From: a virus
Taxonomy: Duplodnaviria; Caudoviricetes
Strand: one strand, 5' to 3'
Virus record (IMG/VR): IMGVR_UViG_3300038443_002533
Coordinates: 128,001 to 192,000 of that record
DNA: 64,000 nucleotides
A model generated the notes under the pieces. That model saw only the letters and a program-made list of their open reading frames with translations. It made no database searches and was not told the origin of the DNA. A program made the translations under genes and the position numbers. Positions within the stretch are counted from its first letter, which is position 1. Each line of letters opens with the position of its first letter. Shown here piece by piece: positions 55,824 through 64,000 of this stretch.

Positions 55824-56594
55824 ATGAGCAAAATCAAGTACACGGTACTGCCGCCCCAAGCAACCCCGAAGGGATTGACAGCGCATCGTCGCCCACCCAA
55901 CCTGGGTGAGCATCAACTCGCCTTCCTGAACTCGAATAATCGCTACGGTTTCCAGGTGGATGAAATCCCTGAGGAACCGATCGTGGACGAGATGGCGGCA
56001 TTGTTCTTAACCGTGTTGTACAACCTACCCAAACTCTCCCGTTTCGAGCGACAGCAAGAGATGGCTAAACACCATCGCAAGATGTTGAGCGCGGGCTACG
56101 CCATGCAGGGTGGTGTCTACGTGAAAGTGAAGACGCTCACAGAAGAAGATTACGCGCGCGCTCGTCAAGCCAAGCACGGACTCATTAAGAGAAATCAACT
56201 CCAACAGATGCTGGTTCGCCCCAGTGTGCTGCAAGAGTTTGAAGCAGCGAAGCGTGACCCGCGCTGGCAACAGCCGTGGAACCATGCCGAGTACCACGAG
56301 GCGCTGTCGCGGAAGCATATCTATGCTACCCGTACCTTTGAACCGACTGCGGCGAAACTGCATGCCAAGGAGCATCAAACTCGCCTGGACAAACTGTTGG
56401 ATGAACTGGATCAACAGAGCAACATCAAGAATCCGATTCTCCGCCGGCTCGTCAGTCTGGAAAAAGCGGCATGCGTGTTGGCGTCTAACGAATTCGTCGC
56501 TACGTTTGATATCGATGAGTTCTTGAATGCGCCGATCACCCCTAAATCAGAACCAACAGGACACCACCGTATCAATCCCTATCTCGATAACTAA
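55824..56594 (+). CDS. hypothetical protein
   Basis: 256-aa ORF. Confidence 0.7.
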   Translation: MSKIKYTVLPPQATPKGLTAHRRPPNLGEHQLAFLNSNNRYGFQVDEIPEEPIVDEMAALFLTVLYNLPKLSRFERQQEMAKHHRKMLSAGYAMQGGVYVKVKTLTEEDYARARQAKHGLIKRNQLQQMLVRPSVLQEFEAAKRDPRWQQPWNHAEYHEALSRKHIYATRTFEPTAAKLHAKEHQTRLDKLLDELDQQSNIKNPILRRLVSLEKAACVLASNEFVATFDIDEFLNAPITPKSEPTGHHRINPYLDN

Positions 56595-56612
56595 CAACAA
56601 AAGGAAATTATC

Positions 56613-57482
56613 ATGAACGCTCGACCCGTATGCAGCAAAGAATGGTTACTTGAGTTATGCGCTCAAGTGGCCGATCGCCCAGAGATCGCCCACCTCCACG
56701 ATAAAGACCATTACGAGGAAGGACTCAAGGTCATTGCCGTGGGTGATCTCGACCTCGATGAGACTTATCCCGATGTCTATGGCCTCCCGGACAAATTCCG
56801 GGTACTGTTTCCAGACACGTACCTAAAGCTCCAGTTCGTCTGGCAGAACCTGGTCGAGCTGCGTGACCGGCACCAGTTCTACGATGCCCCACACAGTCGA
56901 CTGATCCGCGCTATCGACGGTGTGCCTTTGTCGGGTCTGGTCTTTGAATTTCGGCCAGATAAATACGACATCAAACGTTGGGAGGAACGCACTAAATTCT
57001 TCCATGACATCATCGACGAGGCTGAAGCACGCATCGCGATTATGCAACCTGACCAACCGATCAAGCTCAAGCGCTTCCCGTTCGCATTCGGTGACTGGAT
57101 GCAAGTGGTGCAGACCGAGGACGGCACTAAATCGGTGTTGGTATCGACCGGAGGTAGCTTGGGCGGCGACATGGGAACATGGGCAGAATTTATCATGGTT
57201 AACCCTGATCCAGCGACACCTGATCAACCTTATCCGTTCGATGAAAAGAAAAGCTATTTTCACGACGACCGAGAACATACGGTCGGCGTCAACTACACCT
57301 GGCTCGCTGGCCCGATCTTGGCCGATTGGTTTGCCAGTGGCGTCGTGCATAATCGCGATGCTGTCGAGCTGATGGATTCGTACATCAACGATGGTGAATT
57401 CAAGGCTGGCCCTCGGAGCGAAACGATGGCACAAATTCGTGAACGCTTCGATCAAGAACATCCGCCTGAGGATGACGAGTAA
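56613..57482 (+). CDS. hypothetical protein
   Basis: A/C leader plus SD. Confidence 0.75.
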   Translation: MNARPVCSKEWLLELCAQVADRPEIAHLHDKDHYEEGLKVIAVGDLDLDETYPDVYGLPDKFRVLFPDTYLKLQFVWQNLVELRDRHQFYDAPHSRLIRAIDGVPLSGLVFEFRPDKYDIKRWEERTKFFHDIIDEAEARIAIMQPDQPIKLKRFPFAFGDWMQVVQTEDGTKSVLVSTGGSLGGDMGTWAEFIMVNPDPATPDQPYPFDEKKSYFHDDREHTVGVNYTWLAGPILADWFASGVVHNRDAVELMDSYINDGEFKAGPRSETMAQIRERFDQEHPPEDDE

Positions 57483-57503
57483 CCTACAACAAGAGAGGAT
57501 ATC

Positions 57504-57767
57504 ATGGCAAAAGATCAAGGACCGAAATCATTCATCGATCAGCAACGTGCTATCCATGAAGCAACGATCGCTGGGTTGATGGCGGATGGCCGTTTCTCTC
57601 AACCATTATGCGACAAACTCGATCAACTCTCCAAAGAACTGTACGAGATCGCGGTCTATCAATTCGAGTATGGTGAACCCGACGAGTATCATAAGTGCGC
57701 CGGCGCCATGAATTCACTCATGGGGGTGGTCACTGAGTTGTTGAACCAGGCTAACGGCAAAAAATAA
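57504..57767 (+). CDS. hypothetical protein, paralog of 57785
   Basis: FI..Q...H.......DGRF...LCD.L.QLS...YE.A.YQF.YGEPD. Confidence 0.8.
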   Translation: MAKDQGPKSFIDQQRAIHEATIAGLMADGRFSQPLCDKLDQLSKELYEIAVYQFEYGEPDEYHKCAGAMNSLMGVVTELLNQANGKK

Positions 57768-57784
57768 TTCATACGAGGGATATC

Positions 57785-58042
57785 ATGCCGAAACAACCCA
57801 ACACCTTCATCGAAGAGCAATACGCTGCCCACCAATCAGCGTTGGCGACGATGCGGAGAGACGGCCGTTTCACGGCGGCGTTGTGTGACCAGCTCGAACA
57901 GCTTTCGAACAAGATGTACGAAGTGGCTCTTTATCAATTCGCATACGGCGAACCGGATCAGTTTCAGAAATGCTCCGACTCCATGACCACGTTCATTGAA
58001 ATGCTCAGCGAGATTCTCGATCAAGCCAATAGCAAAAAATAA
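57785..58042 (+). CDS. hypothetical protein, paralog of 57504
   Basis: Same motif pattern. Confidence 0.8.
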   Translation: MPKQPNTFIEEQYAAHQSALATMRRDGRFTAALCDQLEQLSNKMYEVALYQFAYGEPDQFQKCSDSMTTFIEMLSEILDQANSKK

Positions 58043-58066
58043 CCAACAAAAGGAAAGGAATAACAA

Positions 58067-59329
58067 ATGCAGATGTATTGGGTAGGTGGCGCCGTCCGCG
58101 ATCGACTCCTCGGGATGCAACCGAAAGATATCGATGTCGTGGTGGTGGGTTCCACGGCCGAAGAAATGTTGGATAATGGCTTTCGTCAAATCGGTAAAGA
58201 CTTCCCGATCTTTATCAGTCGGCTCGACGAGCTGCATGGCGATAAAGCCGAGTATTCGCTCGCGCGTCGTTCCCGCAAAAATGGAAATGCCGATTTCGGT
58301 CCGGAAGTCACCCTCAAAGAAGATCTCGGTAAACGGGATCTGACCATCAACGCCATGGCCATCGAGATCAATGGCTTCCTGAATAGCCATACGTTTCAGC
58401 TGGTCGACCCGTATTGCGGGCACGATGATCTGCTGAATAAGGTGTTGCGGATGGTGAGCAGCGAAGCCTTCTATGAAGACCCGATCCGGGTGTTGCGTGT
58501 GGCGAGATTCGCTGCGCGTTACCCGGACTTCAGGATCGATCCCGACACCATGGAAACCATGTGGACCATGGTGTTCGAGGGGTTGCTCGATAACCTCGTC
58601 CCGGAACGGGTGTGGAAGGAACTGTCGCGGGGTCTGATGGAAGTCAAGCCTTCGCGGATGTTGCAAGTCTTGCGGCAATGCGGAGCGTTGGAAAAGATTC
58701 TGCCGGAAGTCGATGCGCTGTACGGTGTCCCGCAACCGGAGAAACACCACCCGGAAGTCGACACGGGTATCCACATCGAGCAAGTCCTCGATTATGCGGC
58801 CAGCCAGAACTTCGATTTGCCAGTTCGGTTCGCGTGCTTGATGCATGATCTCGGCAAAGCCTTGTCGCCGAAGGACACCTGGCCGGCCCACCACGGGCAT
58901 GAAGGGGCGGGAGCGGACCTCGTGTCGAATGTGTGCGTGCGTTTGAACGTCCCGATGACCCTCGCCAAAATCGCGATCCAAACGACGACGTGGCACGGTG
59001 TGATCCACCAGTCCATGAAGGTCAAGCACACCACGATCGTGAAGCTCTTGCGGCACTGCGATGCGTTCCGTAACCCGGACCGTTTCCAATACGTGCTGCA
59101 AGCCTGCATGTGCGATGCCCGCGGGCGTAAGTCCGACACGGTCAGTTTCGAAAACGTCGAGTACCCGCAGGCCATGCGCTTGAGCGGTGCTCTGTGGGCT
59201 GCCCGCCAAATCAAGGGCAATGAGATCGCGAAGCAATTCCAAGATCGTCCGGAATACATCGCAGTCAGTATGCATGCGGCACGTGCTCGCGCCATCAAAG
59301 CGTTCGACCGTCAACAGAAAGGAGCTTAA
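58067..59329 (+). CDS. cca: class II tRNA nucleotidyltransferase with HD domain (multifunctional CCA protein-like)
   Basis: VGGAVRD.LLG, DIDVVV, GKDFP.F, EDL.KRD.TINAMA, EDP.RVLR.ARFAAR, ERVW.E, HHPE.D.G.H, HDLGK. Confidence 0.93.
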   Translation: MQMYWVGGAVRDRLLGMQPKDIDVVVVGSTAEEMLDNGFRQIGKDFPIFISRLDELHGDKAEYSLARRSRKNGNADFGPEVTLKEDLGKRDLTINAMAIEINGFLNSHTFQLVDPYCGHDDLLNKVLRMVSSEAFYEDPIRVLRVARFAARYPDFRIDPDTMETMWTMVFEGLLDNLVPERVWKELSRGLMEVKPSRMLQVLRQCGALEKILPEVDALYGVPQPEKHHPEVDTGIHIEQVLDYAASQNFDLPVRFACLMHDLGKALSPKDTWPAHHGHEGAGADLVSNVCVRLNVPMTLAKIAIQTTTWHGVIHQSMKVKHTTIVKLLRHCDAFRNPDRFQYVLQACMCDARGRKSDTVSFENVEYPQAMRLSGALWAARQIKGNEIAKQFQDRPEYIAVSMHAARARAIKAFDRQQKGA

Positions 59330-59331
59330 CC

Positions 59332-59706
59332 ATGTCATGTCTTGCTTGTATTGCCCGCGAAAAGACTTGGCGTGGCGATGATCCTAAGTGCGCCTTCACT
59401 GAAGGCGTATTCACTCGGGAGAACTATCGCTGCGCCACCGCAGATCTGATTCGGGATATTACGGAAATCGAAGATAACCCGAATATTCACCGCGTCTTCT
59501 GTGAATCCGAAGAACGGTATGCGACGATCAACGTCGACGATATCGATGCGTTGGGTGAAGAAGGTCATCCGCTTGCGCTGTGGGTGCAGTGGTATAAGAA
59601 CCGGGGCGGCACTCAAGGGATGCTGCTGATGTTTGAAAATGCACCTCCGCGCCCACCGACTGAAGCCGAATGCGTCGCCATCATCGAGTATTATAAAAAG
59701 AAATAA
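59332..59706 (+). CDS. Cys-rich hypothetical protein
   Basis: C..C, W.GD...CAF, NY.CAT, WYK.RG. Confidence 0.7.
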   Translation: MSCLACIAREKTWRGDDPKCAFTEGVFTRENYRCATADLIRDITEIEDNPNIHRVFCESEERYATINVDDIDALGEEGHPLALWVQWYKNRGGTQGMLLMFENAPPRPPTEAECVAIIEYYKKK

Positions 59707-59720
59707 CGAAAGGAAAGAAT

Positions 59721-60746
59721 ATGGGCGGTAATGCCTTGAAACACGTGGGGGTCGAGCGGAAGTCCCGTGACGATTATTTTGCCATTTCCGGATTGGTGTG
59801 TGGCGCACTGGGGCGGTTGTTTCCTCAATGTCATGCACAACCGATCCTCGCCTACGCCAACAAAGAATCGTTTGGCGACTGCGATATCCTGCTCAAGTCG
59901 GACAATCTACCGCCGAACTGGCATGACCTGATCCGGGCGGAATTTCAACCGCAAGACATGATCAGCAACGGTGGTGTATTGTCGTTCGACTATAAAGGCA
60001 TGCAGATCGATCTGATCACATCGCCAGCGAGCGAGTATGATTTCGCTTACACCTATTTTGCGTTCAACGATCTCGGTAACCTCATGGGTCGGATTGCGCA
60101 CAAAATGGGTTTCAAGTACGGCCACGATGGTCTGTGGAGAATGCTTCGTGATGAGCGCAACCAAAAATACGCTGACGTGCTCGTGAGCCTCGATGTATCG
60201 GCAGTGTTCGCGTTTCTCGGTTACGACTACGCGGCCTGGAAACAGGGATTCGTGTGGCTGGAAGAAGTCTTCGAGTATGCCGCTTCGACACCTTACATGA
60301 GTCGCGTTATCTTCCAGCTCGACAACCGCAATCACGTCAGCCGTATCCGTGACATGAAACGCCCGAGCTACAACGCGTTTCTGAAATGGATCGAAGATAA
60401 ACCGGGGCTGGACAAGTACAAATGGTCGAGCTATACCGGTGACACGGTGACGGAAGAACGCCTCAAGGAACGCGCTTATTGGCAATTCGAGGCCTTCAAC
60501 ACGTTTCCGGGATATCAAGAACGTTGTCAAGAAGCTTACATCAAACACGAGCGTAATCGTCAAGCCAAACAGAAATGGAATGGCGATATCGTGCGCGGTA
60601 TCACGGGCCTGACTGGCAAGCTCCTCGGCACCTTCATGGAGCGCTGCCGTAAGCAGCATGACGATTTCGAAGCCTGGGTGATCGAGCAGACGCCTGAGCA
60701 AATCGAAGCCTTCGTCAAAGAAGTCCAAGCAGCACCTCAGCAATAA
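59721..60746 (+). CDS. DNA pol beta-superfamily nucleotidyltransferase
   Basis: MGGNAL, KESFGDCDIL (GDxD), QIDLI, NDLGNL.GRIAH..GFK.G..GL. Confidence 0.75.
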   Translation: MGGNALKHVGVERKSRDDYFAISGLVCGALGRLFPQCHAQPILAYANKESFGDCDILLKSDNLPPNWHDLIRAEFQPQDMISNGGVLSFDYKGMQIDLITSPASEYDFAYTYFAFNDLGNLMGRIAHKMGFKYGHDGLWRMLRDERNQKYADVLVSLDVSAVFAFLGYDYAAWKQGFVWLEEVFEYAASTPYMSRVIFQLDNRNHVSRIRDMKRPSYNAFLKWIEDKPGLDKYKWSSYTGDTVTEERLKERAYWQFEAFNTFPGYQERCQEAYIKHERNRQAKQKWNGDIVRGITGLTGKLLGTFMERCRKQHDDFEAWVIEQTPEQIEAFVKEVQAAPQQ

Positions 60747-60776
60747 TCAATCAACAACTATACAAAAGGAACTCGC

Positions 60777-62426
60777 ATGTCCGAAACTCTCGTACATCCC
60801 GACGCGGTGCAACACGCCGCCTACGATCCGACTCTGTTCGCCTCGATCTCGACCCAAGCCCAAGCCACTTACGCGCGTCGTGTCAACGACAAAGACCCGA
60901 TCTTCCGGGTCGATCTGCCCAAAGGCAAACTGTTCGACGCTTACCTGGCGGCCCTGCCCCCGGAACGTCGTCAGCAGATGAACTGCTCGTGCTGCCGCAG
61001 CTTCCTGAACCGCTTCGGCGGCTTGGTGCGCATGTCGACCGATCCGGACACCTTCGGCAAGCTGGATTCGGTGCTGTGGTCGAACGACGACACCGTCGCC
61101 AACCCGATCTTCGAAGGCGCCATCGACACGATGCGCAAACTGGTCGAAGGCGCCAAGATCAACTACCACTTCGTCTCCAAGCTGGAAACGCTGGGTGAAG
61201 CCGAGAAAGGTGGCTTCGATCACTTCGCCATCAACAACGCGCAGATCTTCGAGCACGCCCTGAAGGAACCGCACGAGATCATCGCCGACGAAGTGCAAGC
61301 CTACAGCAACCTGTCCAAGTTCATCGGCACCACCGACCAGGCCATCATCGACCAGGTCGCCACGTTCTTCAAGCACGACCAGCGCCTGAAGAACCAGCAA
61401 AAGTGGGTCGGTCACGCCGAATGGCTGGCGGAATTCAAGCGTCAACGCGATGCACTGCCGAAAGACCAGAAGGGTCCGTACACCTGGCTGCAAGTGGCTA
61501 CCCAGTCGCCGGGCCGGGTCGACATCAAGAACAGCCCGATCGGCAAGTTCATCAAGAATATCATCGGCGGTGACTCCTACGATGTCGCCACGGCCAAGTT
61601 CCTGAAAATGGCCGACGGCCTGAACTACATGCGCCCGAAAGCCGCACCGAAGGCCGGTACCGTTCAACGCGCCGAAACCATCTTCGAAAAGCTGGGCCTG
61701 GCGTCGGCCCTGGAACGTCGTTTCCTGACGCATCCGGAACTGCGTGGCGTGATCTGGTCGGCACCGGAAGAAGCCCCGAAAGAAGAGAAGTCCACGCTGT
61801 TCGGTCACCTGAAGACCCAAGAAGACAAGCCGGCGGCACCGACCCTGCCGGAAATCAACTCGGGCCCGATTTCGCTGGCACGCTTCATGGCGGAAATTCT
61901 GCCGACGGCGCTGGCGATCGAACTGGACGGCAACCAGTCCGTGCGCTACAACATCACGTCGTTCACGACCTCGGTCGACCCGGAAGCCAAGCCGATCCTC
62001 CAATGGGATGATGAAGCCAACCGCAATCCGGTCTGCGGCTACATCTATCACGAGGGCTCGCCGCTGCGCCAGTGGGGCATTACCACCGCTCGTCCGAAGA
62101 TCGTCAAGATCATCAACAACCCGGAACAGTGGGGTCGTGACGATGCAACGGTGTTCGGCAAGTACGTGACGACGTTCGTGTTCGATGAAGGCAATGGTGG
62201 TCGCCTGCCCAACACGCCGATGTTCCCGGAAACGTTCCGCTCCGAACTGCACGAAGTGCGCTCGGTCCTGGAAGCACATTTCCGCAGCAAGCCGCTGACC
62301 CCGCTGGAAGACGGTCAGAAGCCGGTGGTCGGTATCATCATGCCGGTGGCTGGTCCGTGCTTCCTGCCGCTGCGCGTGACCACCAAGGACGCCGTGGTGC
62401 GTTACCAGATCGACCGCGGTAACTGA
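60777..62426 (+). CDS. conserved jumbo-phage protein of unknown function (NCSCCRSF)
   Basis: 549 aa, very strong host-like codon bias. Confidence 0.8.
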   Translation: MSETLVHPDAVQHAAYDPTLFASISTQAQATYARRVNDKDPIFRVDLPKGKLFDAYLAALPPERRQQMNCSCCRSFLNRFGGLVRMSTDPDTFGKLDSVLWSNDDTVANPIFEGAIDTMRKLVEGAKINYHFVSKLETLGEAEKGGFDHFAINNAQIFEHALKEPHEIIADEVQAYSNLSKFIGTTDQAIIDQVATFFKHDQRLKNQQKWVGHAEWLAEFKRQRDALPKDQKGPYTWLQVATQSPGRVDIKNSPIGKFIKNIIGGDSYDVATAKFLKMADGLNYMRPKAAPKAGTVQRAETIFEKLGLASALERRFLTHPELRGVIWSAPEEAPKEEKSTLFGHLKTQEDKPAAPTLPEINSGPISLARFMAEILPTALAIELDGNQSVRYNITSFTTSVDPEAKPILQWDDEANRNPVCGYIYHEGSPLRQWGITTARPKIVKIINNPEQWGRDDATVFGKYVTTFVFDEGNGGRLPNTPMFPETFRSELHEVRSVLEAHFRSKPLTPLEDGQKPVVGIIMPVAGPCFLPLRVTTKDAVVRYQIDRGN

Positions 62427-62516
62427 TGTAAGAATTCCCGCGCAAGCGGGATGTACCACAGGGTCAGACTCTAAGGTCGACCCTTTTTCTCTAACCTTAA
62501 GTTTATAGGAACTAAG

Positions 62517-62945
62517 ATGACTGATAACACTCGCACCCAAACTGTCCCGTTGCGTAAAGGTGGCCGTGGCCTGGCCGGCACAATCGAGAATGCCAAGCAC
62601 CATGCACAATCGATGCTCCCTTTCATCAACTCGATGAAATGGATGGTGAGGGATCTCGGCTTTGCTCTCTGGGAACAGGGGCATAACCTGCATCAGTTCA
62701 CGACGACCGATGGGCGTAAATTCACGCTACGTGGAATCGTCCGCGAGAAGCCTGGACGTTCGGAAGACGACCCGTTGTACATCGGCGTGCGTCTGTCGCT
62801 GCGATTGTCGCGTTCGGAAGAAATTCGTCTACTCGACATCGACTCGGTGAATCAGATTCCCGATATGGTGAACATGATGCGTCAACTGGCCACCCCGCAG
62901 ATCGGGCGCGATTCGCGTCTCATGAGCGGTTGCGGTAGCAACTAA
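62517..62945 (+). CDS. hypothetical protein
   Basis: SD AGGA; hairpin-TATG after stop. Confidence 0.75.
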   Translation: MTDNTRTQTVPLRKGGRGLAGTIENAKHHAQSMLPFINSMKWMVRDLGFALWEQGHNLHQFTTTDGRKFTLRGIVREKPGRSEDDPLYIGVRLSLRLSRSEEIRLLDIDSVNQIPDMVNMMRQLATPQIGRDSRLMSGCGSN

Positions 62946-63521
62946 TCATTAACACGGCAGGAGGGCACTGCCCTCCTGTTATGCCGTCTTTACAAGGATT
63001 GATCATGAATCAAACAGATGCAGTTATCGCTTTCGCGGTCTGGTGTGTGGTGGGGGCGTTGCTAATCTTCGTGCGTGACAGTAGAACGAAGTTGAGCTAC
63101 ACCATCATCGAGAACGCCGGTTATAAGAAGTCGGCTGAACTCCTGGGCTTTCTGAGCATCGTGCTGTGGCCGATCGCGATGTTTATCGCCATGGTGTTCA
63201 GTTACTACGTGCTTCAGCACATGAAACGTAACGATTAAGGGATTCTCATGAATGCGCGTCAGTATCTCCAGAAAGAATTTGCGTTCTTTACCGAAGAGCA
63301 TATTGACGCTCTTCTCCAATTTAAAAGAATCATCTTCCCACAATTAAATGGTAGTGCTATTGTGATCAGTCGTACTCTTTGGCAAGAGACGTACCAGCGC
63401 CCATATGTCGTGATGAAATGGGAAGGCCCAACGGGATCGCGACATGGCCGTCTACTGAACAACTTCGAATTACTGTTGCTGGCCGAAATCTTCTGTCGGC
63501 GCGAACCAGGAAAGGAATCAC

Positions 63522-63962
63522 ATGAAACGCATGGTCATGATTGAAGGGGCTGACCAAACCTTGACGTTGTCGAAAATCGAAGCACTGCATCTGGGCTGGT
63601 CATTCCTGCACCTAGATGAACTGTCGGACGGGACGTGGAAACTCACGTACAGTCCGGGTAATCTGCGGGACATCCACAACCTCAAAGGCTTGTACTTCTG
63701 TGGCCTGAAAGGTCCGCTGGTTAATGGCGAGCCACAAGGGGACGCGGATGTCCGGGTCGGGATGTATGACGTCCTTCACAACTCGGAATGGATCGACCAG
63801 AATTGGCACATCGGCCTGATCCAAGCGGTGCCCAAGGATCGCCTCGCGCGACATATCCGCTTCGACATGAATTTACCGGCCAGCCTCTGGCGCATGTCGT
63901 ACACGGCGGAGTTGATGCCGGACCTCAACCACGTCTTTGGCATTTTGTTTAACCAAGAATAA
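63522..63962 (+). CDS. hypothetical protein
   Basis: SD AAGGA. Confidence 0.7.
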   Translation: MKRMVMIEGADQTLTLSKIEALHLGWSFLHLDELSDGTWKLTYSPGNLRDIHNLKGLYFCGLKGPLVNGEPQGDADVRVGMYDVLHNSEWIDQNWHIGLIQAVPKDRLARHIRFDMNLPASLWRMSYTAELMPDLNHVFGILFNQE

Positions 63963-64000
63963 CACCGTTCATAACTAACAATAACCATGAGCTATAATAA

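Noticed and set aside
1-64000. CRISPR array, integrase, transposase or retron
   Set aside because: No regularly spaced repeats and no recombinase, transposase or reverse-transcriptase motifs seen. The AlpA-like gene has no integrase partner in the window.

Overview
A 64-kb accessory/auxiliary-metabolism segment of a lytic jumbo phage, most likely phiKZ-like (Chimalliviridae). Support for this: TATAT(T/C)AC early-promoter-like motifs, many hairpin+TATG intergenic modules, and ORFs resembling a domain of the phiKZ-type major capsid protein. The host is probably a betaproteobacterium, judged from the NrdB-like and Cca sequences and ~55% GC. Nearly all real genes are on the + strand; the only convincing minus-strand gene is a thermonuclease, and the long minus-strand ORFs are antisense shadows. 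Recognisable genes: tmk, thyA, folA, dcd, cca, NadM-Nudix plus Nampt (NAD salvage), a DUF488-NADAR fusion, an AAA+ ATPase, DHH and Nudix hydrolases, a Tad1-like sponge, an R-S-E ADP-ribosyltransferase-like protein, a HAD phosphatase, a DUF5565/RLIG1-like RNA ligase, a glycosyltransferase, a pol-beta-like nucleotidyltransferase, and many tandem paralog families. The most striking part is an RNA island at ~31.7-36.9 kb. It holds two canonical tRNAs (Gln-TTG, Asn-GTT) and an array of seven tRNA-shaped RNAs whose acceptor and T arms are kept while the anticodon arm is replaced, expanded or collapsed. One of these is a half-swapped twin tRNA: a circularly permuted tRNA nested in the anticodon loop of another. 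The island also has two 700-800 nt ORF-free, highly base-paired regions and a hammerhead-ribozyme core. Also notable: an NrdB homolog lacking 5 of 6 metal ligands and three unannotated Rmf-like mini-proteins. All family assignments come from motif recognition and recalled sequences, not database searches.
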